Positions 9,173 through 17,699 of a stretch of 63,717 nt of DNA are shown one piece after another. The notes beneath the pieces were generated by a model. It searched no databases. It had not been told where the DNA came from and was given only the letters and a program-made list of their open reading frames with translations. This stretch comes from a virus (taxonomy: Duplodnaviria > Caudoviricetes), in the IMG/VR virus record IMGVR_UViG_3300030376_004081, positions 1 through 63,717 of that record. One strand, given 5' to 3'. Within the stretch, counting starts at the first letter, position 1. Every line of letters starts with the position of its first letter. The position numbers and the translations under genes are program-made.

Positions 9173-9566
9173 GAAAAAGGCAATAACTGTTGTTTTACCT
9201 GCTCCGCACAAAGCAAAAGTAAAATGCCCCATCTGTAAAGGAAACAAATGTGTTGTTTGTAATATGACAGGTAATCTATCAATAGATGTTGCTCCTAAGA
9301 TACCAATTCAAAGGGCGCATATCATTAAGTATGTTGCTGAAAATATTCATGAAGTAGCAAAAGAAATAACTAAGAAATATGGTTTAGTTCCTGAAATTAA
9401 TACTTCTGAAGTATTAGAAATGAATGATGGACAATACGAAGTTGTTCAAGTATCTTCTCTTGGCGGTGTTTGTTGGATTGTCAATCGTCTTGATGAATTA
9501 GATACTCCTAGATACTTTACATCTAAACAAGAGTTAGATAGATTCAAACAGGGGTGGATGAATTGA
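9165..9566 (+). CDS. Protein with DnaJ-type CxxCxG zinc finger
   Basis: CPICKGNKCVVCNMTG; TTG start at 9165 fits the AGGTGA RBS (track start is 9156). Confidence 0.72.
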   Translation: MNKKKAITVVLPAPHKAKVKCPICKGNKCVVCNMTGNLSIDVAPKIPIQRAHIIKYVAENIHEVAKEITKKYGLVPEINTSEVLEMNDGQYEVVQVSSLGGVCWIVNRLDELDTPRYFTSKQELDRFKQGWMN

Positions 9567-9775
9567 CAGATGAATTAGAAGTAAAAGGAACAATAGTCCG
9601 TGATGCCCAACTGGACTGTAAAATTAAAAGAGGCACTTATTGGAACATAGATGTTCTTGATATTCGTTGGTATAAAAATGACAAGCCAACGAATAAAGGC
9701 GTTCGTTTGAATGTCAAAGAAGCAAAATTGTTATTACAAATATTAAGGAGAGAATTAGATGAAGAGAGTGAGTGA
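9554..9775 (+). CDS. PC4/YdbC-like ssDNA-binding transcriptional coactivator
   Basis: IDVLDIRWYKNDKPTNKGVRLNVKEAKLL matches the PC4 DIR...P..KG+.L signature. Confidence 0.82.
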   Translation: MDELTDELEVKGTIVRDAQLDCKIKRGTYWNIDVLDIRWYKNDKPTNKGVRLNVKEAKLLLQILRRELDEESE

Positions 9776-10022
9776 AGTTCAATCAAAGAAAAGCCTGAGA
9801 AGTGCTAATAAAGATAGACAATATGGACATGGTGCAGTTCCTCGTTTTGGAACTAACGCTGGTAAGATTATTGATTTATTTGCTCAGTATGTTGAAGATA
9901 GCATGACTGTTCCACCTAAAGGCGGAAGAGGTTGTCGTGTTCAAAAAGAACATATTGATTTGTGTTTTGGTAAGTTTTATCAGGCTATGAGAGAATTTAT
10001 GGACGGTGAAAAGAATGAATAA
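9759..10022 (+). CDS. Small protein, possible divergent histone fold
   Basis: Helix-loop-long helix-loop-helix spacing ending GRGCRVQKEHIDL (compare the archaeal histone [12 protein letters not shown]). Confidence 0.5.
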   Translation: MKRVSEVQSKKSLRSANKDRQYGHGAVPRFGTNAGKIIDLFAQYVEDSMTVPPKGGRGCRVQKEHIDLCFGKFYQAMREFMDGEKNE

Positions 10023-10365
10023 GATATATTTAATTACAACAAACAATAAGAAATTTGATTCTTGGTCTAAAGAGATGAAGAAAAAACTAAAGGATGCGGC
10101 ATTAGACCATTTTAATGAAGGGTATAATGATGTTGTAAATGGAAATTATTTTGCTAGAGCGTCGTTTGTTTGTTATTGGGAAATTTACCGTAATGATTCT
10201 CTTGCACGATTAGCACCTGCTATTACTCAAGCGTCGTTTATTCATATGATGCACCGCTTTATGGAAAAACAAATGCAAGAAGAAGTTGAAGTTGTTCAAC
10301 AGTTAATGTGGAATTTCTTACGCCTCCTTGAAAGACTAGAAGGTGGAAACAATGAAGAAGAGTGA
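10006..10365 (+). CDS. Hypothetical protein
   Basis: ORF in tightly packed operon. Confidence 0.7.
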   Translation: MKRMNKIYLITTNNKKFDSWSKEMKKKLKDAALDHFNEGYNDVVNGNYFARASFVCYWEIYRNDSLARLAPAITQASFIHMMHRFMEKQMQEEVEVVQQLMWNFLRLLERLEGGNNEEE

Positions 10366-10522
10366 TTGGATATACTTAGCAAATGCTATGTGGGAATATT
10401 CAGAAAAACACGAAGGAAGAGTTAGTCAATTACTCAAACAATTGGTAAAAGAAGTAAATAAAAATAAGGAGATGATTATAGATGACATGGGAAAACATGA
10501 GCAGAATGATGCAAGCGACTGA
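10352..10522 (+). CDS. Small hypothetical protein (56 aa; not in ORF track)
   Basis: MKKSDWIYLANAMWEYSEKHEGRVSQLLKQLVKEV...; AGGTGG RBS; fills the gap before the ligase. Confidence 0.6.
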   Translation: MKKSDWIYLANAMWEYSEKHEGRVSQLLKQLVKEVNKNKEMIIDDMGKHEQNDASD

Positions 10523-12023
10523 CCAAATGGTTCAAACGCAGCAAGTAAATAGAATAGCAAAAGATTTAGAAGGATTTACTACATTAAAGAGTAATCCGTC
10601 TCTTGTATTGCAAATCTTAGATAAGGATAAGTTAGAGGCAAATAATCTTGGTCTAGCAAAAGCAAAGAAATGGATGGCTAAAATCTTTGATGTTTTTGAT
10701 GATGAAATAGATGGATTGATGTATGCTCACGATGATTTAGGTGAAGCAATCTATCATCTTGACCCTTCTGCTGAAAAGCAACGAAACTTTTCAGTCCAAT
10801 ATGTTCATCGTCTTTTGAATATGAACTGTGGAAAGATTGATTCTAATGAGTTTTCAATGATTGAAGAATCAATTTTGGCTATGTCTGCAAACGCACGACG
10901 CTGGTTTATTCGCTATATGCTCAGAACTCCGAGAAACGGAATCAATGAAGGAACAGTAGCGAAGATTATTGCTAAGTATTACAATAAGAAGCAAGCAGAT
11001 GTAAAGAAACATTTGAACTTTAATTCTGTTGAAGTAGTTTGTCAGTATTATGAAGCAGGTAATAACCCTCCTTGTAATTTAACTTACGGAAAGTTTGTAA
11101 AACCAATGCTTGCTAAGGAAGTTCCGATGAATAAGTGGCCGACTAATTTTGTTGTTGATTACAAATACGATGGAAACAGGTATCAGATTCATATTGATGG
11201 CGACAAAACTATGATTTTTAATCGTAAGGGTAAAATTGTGACTCAGCAATTCCCTGATGTTGTTGAATTGGTTCAAGCCTATGATGTTAAAAACGCTATT
11301 CTTGATGGCGAAATCTATCCTATCTTGGAAAATGGTTCACCTGCACCTCATAAAACAATGGGAACGAGAGTTCATTCAAAGAATGTTCAAGAGGCTATGG
11401 AAAGAGTCAAAGTAGAATGGGTAATTTTTGACTGTCTTATGCTTAACAACGAAACAGTTATGGATTTATCATATACTGATAGGTTAGTGAGAATGAAAGA
11501 CCTCCCTAATCAAGCACACCGAATCACCGAAGGCGATATTATGGCCTTTTACCATGAAGCAATCAATGAAGGGTTTGAAGGAATCATCGTTAAAGATGCA
11601 AGCCAACCTTATCAATCAGGAAAACGCTCCGTTTTCTGGGCTAAATACAAACCTCCGCAGATAAACCTTGATGTTGTTATCCTTTCCGCTAAATACGGGG
11701 AAGGAAAACGCTCCAATGTTTTCGGCACTTACGAATTAGGCGTGAGGGCTAATAATGGTTATCACAGCGTAGGATGGTGCGGAACAGGCTTTTCGGATAG
11801 CGATTTAGTTCATTTAACGAACACACTTCGTCGTAATGTAGAATCATTTGAGAACGGGAGATTCTTTGTTTCACCTGTTGTTGTTTTAGAAGTTAAGGCT
11901 GATTTAGTTAGTCGTGATGCAAATAATAACTTAGGACTTAGATTCCCTCGTTGTATTCGTATTCGTGATGATAAGTTTGTTATTGACATTAATACACTTG
12001 AAGATGTGGAGAGATTAGAATGA
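10482..12023 (+). CDS. lig: ATP-dependent DNA ligase (archaeal type)
   Basis: KPMLA, YKYDGNR, ILDGEI, FDCL, EGIIVK, WAKYK, LRFPR motifs; N-terminal DNA-binding domain. Confidence 0.96.
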   Translation: MTWENMSRMMQATDQMVQTQQVNRIAKDLEGFTTLKSNPSLVLQILDKDKLEANNLGLAKAKKWMAKIFDVFDDEIDGLMYAHDDLGEAIYHLDPSAEKQRNFSVQYVHRLLNMNCGKIDSNEFSMIEESILAMSANARRWFIRYMLRTPRNGINEGTVAKIIAKYYNKKQADVKKHLNFNSVEVVCQYYEAGNNPPCNLTYGKFVKPMLAKEVPMNKWPTNFVVDYKYDGNRYQIHIDGDKTMIFNRKGKIVTQQFPDVVELVQAYDVKNAILDGEIYPILENGSPAPHKTMGTRVHSKNVQEAMERVKVEWVIFDCLMLNNETVMDLSYTDRLVRMKDLPNQAHRITEGDIMAFYHEAINEGFEGIIVKDASQPYQSGKRSVFWAKYKPPQINLDVVILSAKYGEGKRSNVFGTYELGVRANNGYHSVGWCGTGFSDSDLVHLTNTLRRNVESFENGRFFVSPVVVLEVKADLVSRDANNNLGLRFPRCIRIRDDKFVIDINTLEDVERLE

Positions 12024-12415
12024 ATGAAGAACACGCAGTATGGAATATAAAGTATATGCCCGATTTCTTTGGGCGACCTCAAAAGATTTGTAAAATGAGT
12101 ATTAAACAGGTTGATGAGCGAATTAGGTTCACTAAAGTGAAAATGAAAACCAACAAATCTTGGTTAGATGGTCTTTATCAAAGAAGAGCAGTTCTACTGC
12201 TTAAAGCAGGAGATGTTAATTATCAACGAAAGAATACGAATGAGAAGATTATTCAGACTTTACAACTAAGAAAGGACTTGGAAACAGATGAGGCAAAGGA
12301 AACATACGATAGCAAATTAAAGGCTATTCTTCTTACTTGTCTGGACTTCTTAGAAAAAGGTAAGTCTCCAGAATTGGTTAAAGCAATCCTAGAACAAGCG
12401 AGGGATGAATTATGA
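12020..12415 (+). CDS. Hypothetical protein
   Basis: ATGA-coupled helical ORF. Confidence 0.7.
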   Translation: MNEEHAVWNIKYMPDFFGRPQKICKMSIKQVDERIRFTKVKMKTNKSWLDGLYQRRAVLLLKAGDVNYQRKNTNEKIIQTLQLRKDLETDEAKETYDSKLKAILLTCLDFLEKGKSPELVKAILEQARDEL

Positions 12416-12855
12416 TTCAACAAGGCGAAATGACAATTATTGATGCGATAACTTACAGGTGTCTTAAAATTGATAGTGAGGGATATGCTCATCTAAAGAA
12501 TATTATCCATGAACAAGGGAGGCCGAAATTAATATTGCAGAAATATTGTCCTTACATTAAAGATAATAAAGTGGTTATTCCAGAAAAACCTGTCTATGAA
12601 AGGGCTAAGCCAACAACAAAAATTAGTATTACTAAACTAATAAGAGAGAATACAGACTTACAGGTATCTAACAAAGCCAGGTTTTTCATAACAGAATGGA
12701 TTGAAACAGCAATTGCTAATATGATAGGAAATGCTGAACAAAATGCAAAACTTAGGGGAGATTCTCGTATAACCGAAGCACATTTCTTTTGGTTAGAAAC
12801 TAACAATGCACCTAATGGCTATTGGCCGTCAAACAAAGAATATATGCAGGACTGA
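12412..12855 (+). CDS. Histone-fold protein with N-terminal extension
   Basis: [52 protein letters not shown] aligns by eye with the HMf-type fold ([52 protein letters not shown]). Confidence 0.75.
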   Translation: [147 protein letters not shown]

Positions 12856-12860
12856 TATAT

Positions 12861-13256
12861 ATGTATAGTAAAGATATGTTAATTGGTATTTTACTGGGCG
12901 CAGGTAAATTAGACTTTAATATTGAAAGAGCCAATGATGCTCAAATAGGTTATCGGGTAAGAGTAAAAATTATTTTTAGGGCTGACCTTTTCTTTCTTAT
13001 AGGAATACAACGCTCACTAGAACAACACCAAATTTCTTCTAATCTAAAAGAAAAGGAAAGTAAAACAAGGCCGCATCCAATCTTAAAGATTGGCGGTATT
13101 AAAAACCTGTATAAATTGACAGAACTAGTACCTGTTTTACCAGACGCAAAAGGAGAATGGAAAGTATTTAGAGAATTAGTTGATTTAATATCGGAGAATA
13201 AACATAGAACATCAAGCGGGCTTGATAGAATATTTGAATTAAAGGGATTGATATGA
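12861..13256 (+). CDS. Single-motif LAGLIDADG-fold protein, probably catalytically inactive
   Basis: LIGILLGAGKLDFNI...YRVRVKIIF and C-terminal FRELVDLISENKHRTSSGLDRIFELK; ATG 12861 preferred over 12822. Confidence 0.7.
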   Translation: MYSKDMLIGILLGAGKLDFNIERANDAQIGYRVRVKIIFRADLFFLIGIQRSLEQHQISSNLKEKESKTRPHPILKIGGIKNLYKLTELVPVLPDAKGEWKVFRELVDLISENKHRTSSGLDRIFELKGLI

Positions 13257-14101
13257 GTTTAACCAGTAAAAATAATGACAATAGGACAATACTACTAACA
13301 GGAAAAACAGGAACAGGTAAATCAACAAAGGCTCTTACATTCGTTAAAGAACCAATCGTTCTATATGCAAACGATATTGATTTTGATGTAGGTTCATTTC
13401 CTGTGGAGAATGGTATCGTTATTGAAGATGTGCATTACAAAGCAGATAAGTCTGCAATTTTGCACATTATAAGAAATTATCAAGGACAGGTAGTATTGAC
13501 TTCTATTAATCAAAAATCTGTTCCAAAGGAAATTAAAGATATGTGCAAAATCAAAAGGGCAGGTTCAAGGAATTTTCTTGAAGAGTCTATTAAAGAGATA
13601 GCACCAAATAGTGAAAGTCCTTTTTCTTTAGAACGAGATATGTATTCAATGGCTTATGGCTTTCTAAAAGAAAGAAATAGAGATATGGTAGCAGAAGTAT
13701 TGCTTTTTAATAAGCCTTCAGATACCCAGATTCTATCATGGCTTAGTGAAAATATGCACCCTAACAGATTAATTTTTGTTGATGGTAGAGTTAAAAGAAG
13801 ATGGAGTCAAAAGTATTTTTATGAGATGTTAGCCTATTCACATACTGGTGGATTCGTAGGACAAATGAATATGCCGAAAAGAAGAGCCTATTCTCAAATA
13901 CCCAAATTATCAAGAAGGCTGGGAGTAAAGAACCCAAGACTTCTTCCTACCTTATTAAAGGATGAACAATTTAAAGAACACGCAAAAAAGAAACTCAATA
14001 ATGCCGAGTGTCGTTTGCTTAAAATTGGTGAAAAAAGACGGAGAAAGAAAACAACTCCAATAGTAGCCACACAAACATCGTTGGAGGATTACTATGCCTA
14101 G
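13253..14101 (+). CDS. rfcL: Replication factor C large subunit-like AAA+ protein
   Basis: LLTGKTGTGKST, VIEDVH; C-terminal PIP-box QTSLEDYY; next to the RFC small subunit. Confidence 0.75.
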   Translation: MSLTSKNNDNRTILLTGKTGTGKSTKALTFVKEPIVLYANDIDFDVGSFPVENGIVIEDVHYKADKSAILHIIRNYQGQVVLTSINQKSVPKEIKDMCKIKRAGSRNFLEESIKEIAPNSESPFSLERDMYSMAYGFLKERNRDMVAEVLLFNKPSDTQILSWLSENMHPNRLIFVDGRVKRRWSQKYFYEMLAYSHTGGFVGQMNMPKRRAYSQIPKLSRRLGVKNPRLLPTLLKDEQFKEHAKKKLNNAECRLLKIGEKRRRKKTTPIVATQTSLEDYYA

Positions 14102-14345
14102 TAAAAACTTAATACCTAGAATACAAGAAGTATTGGGTGATGAAGAATTATCAGTTAGTCAAATTATGACTAGACTTAAAAAACAAAATGATTCACAAAA
14201 AGAATCATCTAAAAGAACTACCTCCTTTACTACACAACAGGTAAGTCAAATTATGAGAAGAAAAATGTTTGAAAAAGCAGGTTGGTGTAATAAAAGAGGA
14301 GTAAACCTATGGAGGAATAAATATGTTATGGACAGAAAAATATAG
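14094..14345 (+). CDS. Small winged-helix-like protein
   Basis: IQEVLGDEELSVSQIMTRL...TTQQVSQIMR...FEK...LW pattern. Confidence 0.6.
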   Translation: MPSKNLIPRIQEVLGDEELSVSQIMTRLKKQNDSQKESSKRTTSFTTQQVSQIMRRKMFEKAGWCNKRGVNLWRNKYVMDRKI

Positions 14346-15231
14346 ACCAAAGAAATTAAATGAAGTAATAGGACAAGAACACTTTACTTCCGATGCAAGA
14401 GGTTGGATTGAAGAAAAAAATATGCCTAATATCTTATTATACGGAAATCCTGGAAATGGTAAAACAGGAGCAGGATTAGTTATAGGAAGAGAAATCTTAG
14501 GTGAAACATTCAAAGATAACTATGTTGAAGTAAATGCGTCAGATGATAGAAGATTAGAAAATGTGCGAACAACAATTAAGAATATCGCACAAAGCGGAAC
14601 AATAGGTGATGCTCCTTTTAGAATAGTATTACTTGATGAAATGGATGGTATGACAACTGATGCTCAAAATGCACTAAAGCGTATTATGGAACGATATGCT
14701 AATAATATTCGTTTTATTATTACCTGCAACGATAGAAATAAAATTATTTTTGCACTACAAAGTAGGTGTGCAAATTATCATTTTAAGCCTCTCTCTAATG
14801 AAGCAGTTATGGAAGTATTAACTTCAATTCTCAAGGCTGAAGAAATAACGAGATTCTCCCAAGATGAATTGCACTCCTTTATATACGCTATGAATGGTGA
14901 TATGCGGAGGGCGATTACGGAACTACAAGCCGCTAAAGCGAGCAATTCCACCCTCAAGAAGCAAATTGATGCAGGATTAAATGAATATAAAAAATTGCTA
15001 ATGAAAATAATAAATAAAGACAACTTCGCATTAAGCAACATACACGATTTCTTACACAACGGATTTACAATCCGTGAAATCTGCATTGGCCTACATGATG
15101 CAGTTATTGAGTCTGATTTAGAAAGCAACTTAAAATTTAAAATTCTTAGAACAATAGGAGAAAGCGAATGGCGTTCAACCACTATGACTCCTAAAGTATT
15201 GGCCTCTTGGTTAATAAGTCAATTATCATAG
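14323..15231 (+). CDS. rfcS: Replication factor C small subunit
   Basis: WTEKYRP, GNPGNGKT, EVNASDDR, LLDEMD, AQNAL, ALQSRC, GDMRRAI. Confidence 0.96.
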   Translation: MLWTEKYRPKKLNEVIGQEHFTSDARGWIEEKNMPNILLYGNPGNGKTGAGLVIGREILGETFKDNYVEVNASDDRRLENVRTTIKNIAQSGTIGDAPFRIVLLDEMDGMTTDAQNALKRIMERYANNIRFIITCNDRNKIIFALQSRCANYHFKPLSNEAVMEVLTSILKAEEITRFSQDELHSFIYAMNGDMRRAITELQAAKASNSTLKKQIDAGLNEYKKLLMKIINKDNFALSNIHDFLHNGFTIREICIGLHDAVIESDLESNLKFKILRTIGESEWRSTTMTPKVLASWLISQLS

Positions 15232-15236
15232 ATTTG

Positions 15237-15270
15237 AACAAAACAAAAAAAAACAAAACAAAACAAAAAA
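15237..15270 (+). repeat. A-rich (AAAAC)n intergenic tract in the leader of the SSB/RPA-like gene
   Basis: aacaaaacaaaaaaaaacaaaacaaaacaaaaaa: 34 nt containing only A and C. Confidence 0.85.
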
Positions 15271-15285
15271 TATGGAAGTGAAAAT

Positions 15286-16506
15286 ATGGATGAAAACATG
15301 AAAGCAGAAATTGAAAAGAGCGCACAATACATTGGATTGAGCGTTGAAGAAGCGACGAATAAATTTGAAGAGATTTGTTCTGAAAACAACATTGAAACAA
15401 CAAACCCCATTGGTCGTGGCCTTTGGAGAAACTTTGTTGCTAATGTGCGAAGAACACAAGAAAGCGGGGATAAGAAGGAAAATAGCAACGATTCTTTTTA
15501 CAAAGCGGCATTTGGTTTCTTTGTTTCTTTAGATGCTCCGAGAGATATGATGGCTTGGAACAGAATGAAAGCAAAAGAAGAGTATATGCGTGATGCGGAT
15601 AATGCTCTTGAACAAGGAATTGTTGCAGTAGCAAATCAAAATGCTCTTGGTAAGTGGGTTGTTTCCCGTTATCACAACAATGAATACGAAGAAAAAACTG
15701 TTTCAACTTTACCTTCGGGTGCAGAAGAAACAGAAGATGGTCGTTTTTATATTCCTTTGGATAGCACCGCAACTTACATGAATGGTGGTAAAAACAACAA
15801 TTACGGTAAGCCTCTTCCCGCAGAACAAATGCGAAGAAGTGGTATTTTCTTTGGTTCTATTGGAACAGGAGAAATGAAACCTTATTACTTTTCTTACAAG
15901 AATCAAGGTGGAGTAGATTTTGCACCAAATACTTTTGAATGGGTGCATTTCCTTTGCGTAGCAAATGATAATGGAACAGACCTTTATGGTGCAAAGCAAT
16001 TAACTTTGGACAGTCTTTCCCTTAATTCTGACATGAATCCCGATAATGAACTTTATCGTGATATGTCGTCTTTTGACTTTGAGGATTGTTTGCGTGAAAA
16101 CTTTGAATCACATCTTGTTCCTTTGATTGATATGGATAAGGCACATATTAGTCGCCAAGCACTTCCTTCAAAAGAGCGTTTCGTGATTACTGATGGAACG
16201 GTGTGCAATATGAATATGACTCCAACAAAGAACGGAAATAGAATCATTAACCTAACTGATGTTAATGCAGTAATGGATTATGATTCTAATGAATCGGGTA
16301 TTACTACCTGCTGGATTCCTGAGCATTTGTCTCTTGATTTCGGTATCGGTTCTTCCGTTATTGTTATTGGGCGAACAAGCCAAAGAACAACTGATGAAGG
16401 CGTTGAACCAACAACTATCAATGTTGCTGGTATTTACTGCACAATTCGTCATGGTTCTGCGGTTGAGGTTTCAGTTCCAGTTGAAGAGGACTTTGACTGG
16501 TTTTGA
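15286..16506 (+). CDS. RPA/SSB-like OB-fold single-stranded DNA-binding protein
   Basis: C-terminal OB-like strand pattern (ITDGTVCNMN...RIINLTD...TTCW...GIGSSVIVIGRT); acidic-aromatic tail EEDFDWF; position in replication cluster. Confidence 0.65.
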   Translation: MDENMKAEIEKSAQYIGLSVEEATNKFEEICSENNIETTNPIGRGLWRNFVANVRRTQESGDKKENSNDSFYKAAFGFFVSLDAPRDMMAWNRMKAKEEYMRDADNALEQGIVAVANQNALGKWVVSRYHNNEYEEKTVSTLPSGAEETEDGRFYIPLDSTATYMNGGKNNNYGKPLPAEQMRRSGIFFGSIGTGEMKPYYFSYKNQGGVDFAPNTFEWVHFLCVANDNGTDLYGAKQLTLDSLSLNSDMNPDNELYRDMSSFDFEDCLRENFESHLVPLIDMDKAHISRQALPSKERFVITDGTVCNMNMTPTKNGNRIINLTDVNAVMDYDSNESGITTCWIPEHLSLDFGIGSSVIVIGRTSQRTTDEGVEPTTINVAGIYCTIRHGSAVEVSVPVEEDFDWF

Positions 16507-16513
16507 TTAAAAC

Positions 16514-16583
16514 CACCTTTTGTGTAGCCGTTGGCGTTAATGACGGTCATATAGGTGCGAAGCCTATACTTTTAAAAAAGGTG
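16514..16583 (+). promoter_or_regulatory. Predicted structured intergenic RNA that could occlude the next RBS
   Basis: CACCTTTT (16514-21) is complementary to AAAAGGTG (16576-83, the RBS); inner hairpins GCCGTTG/TGACGGT and TATAGGT-GCGAA-GCCTATA. Confidence 0.5.
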
Positions 16584-16590
16584 AAAAAAT

Positions 16591-16887
16591 ATGGAAAAGA
16601 TTACAATAAATGATTACTTCCCTGCTTATATTGCAGGGAATTTTGCTGTTAAGCAAGGGGCTTGGATTGTCCATTTAGGAGAAGTTGAGTTTATTACTTA
16701 CAGAATAAATGAAAAGAACGAAAATCAGTATTTAGTTATGCTTCACATGAAAGATAAAGAAGCAAAGATTATGGTTGATAGTTTAAGTGCTTTGAAAGAA
16801 TTACTTTCTACTTGGGCTAAATCTAAAGGTAAAGAACTAACACTAGAAGAAGAAGATTTGAAAGGAGAAGTGAGAACATGGGATTAA
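16591..16887 (+). CDS. Hypothetical protein
   Basis: AGGTGA RBS; 98 aa. Confidence 0.72.
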   Translation: MEKITINDYFPAYIAGNFAVKQGAWIVHLGEVEFITYRINEKNENQYLVMLHMKDKEAKIMVDSLSALKELLSTWAKSKGKELTLEEEDLKGEVRTWD

Positions 16888-17699
16888 CTAGCAATAAAAA
16901 TACAAAAGCAGTAGATGAAGGAATGGCGCAAAATGCAAGGGTTCTTGCATTTAAAGATAAATTAGCAAAGCAAACAGAAGGACGACTTGCTCGTAGCAAC
17001 CGTCTTATTTGTGGTGTTTGGGGAGAACCAAAGACAGTTAAAAGCGGTTTGGCTCTTGACTTCCCAAATAAACAAATTTATGTTTTAGATTGGGATGATG
17101 GTTGCGAACCAACTTGGAGACAAAACCATGAAATGACTGATAGGATTACACTTTGGAATCCTGAAGTGCGAAACAAAAATGGTGAATTAGATATTCAAAA
17201 GTCCGAAGCAAATTCAGAAGATTTTGTTTTGTTTGTTAAATCAAAGATTGAAGAAGGCGAAGATTGTCTTTTTGTTTTTGATGGTGTAGATAAATGGCTT
17301 GATTGTTGCACATTAAATGTAACTGGCTCTTCAAAAATTGGAAAGCCACAAAAGATGAAATTTGAATGGGGTAAGAGAAATGCACCATTTTATTCTCTTT
17401 TGATGATGTGTAAGAATCTTAATTGCGACCAAATTTATATTACGCATTCAAAGGCTGATTATGGCGCAACTGGCGAAGTAATTGGTTCTAAACCAAACTG
17501 GCATAATTGGGGTGATTACCTGTATCAAATTATTACAACAAGAAGAACACGCAAAAAGAACGATGTTGTCTATAAGGCTGAATTACTCAGTAGTAAGACT
17601 AACACCGAATTAGTAGGTAAATCTTGGGAAACATTAACCGTTGGTAGTGGTAAAGTTTCTTGGGAAGGAATATCCGAATTGCGTGAGGGATTGATTTGA
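16878..17699 (+). CDS. RecA-superfamily ATPase (Sak4/RadB-like recombination protein)
   Basis: Walker A variant WGEPKTVKS, VLDWDDG, Walker B FVFDGVD, IYITH; lies between SSB and PCNA. Confidence 0.72.
   Translation: MGLTSNKNTKAVDEGMAQNARVLAFKDKLAKQTEGRLARSNRLICGVWGEPKTVKSGLALDFPNKQIYVLDWDDGCEPTWRQNHEMTDRITLWNPEVRNKNGELDIQKSEANSEDFVLFVKSKIEEGEDCLFVFDGVDKWLDCCTLNVTGSSKIGKPQKMKFEWGKRNAPFYSLLMMCKNLNCDQIYITHSKADYGATGEVIGSKPNWHNWGDYLYQIITTRRTRKKNDVVYKAELLSSKTNTELVGKSWETLTVGSGKVSWEGISELREGLI

Noticed and set aside
12861-13256. Active homing endonuclease or mobile intron
   Set aside because: The catalytic acidic residue is missing and the flanking genes are not interrupted.
16522-16570. Possible tRNA gene (T-arm-like GGTGCGAAGCC)
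   Set aside because: Too short; no D arm, no 7-bp acceptor stem and no proper anticodon loop. Kept only as a structured cis element.
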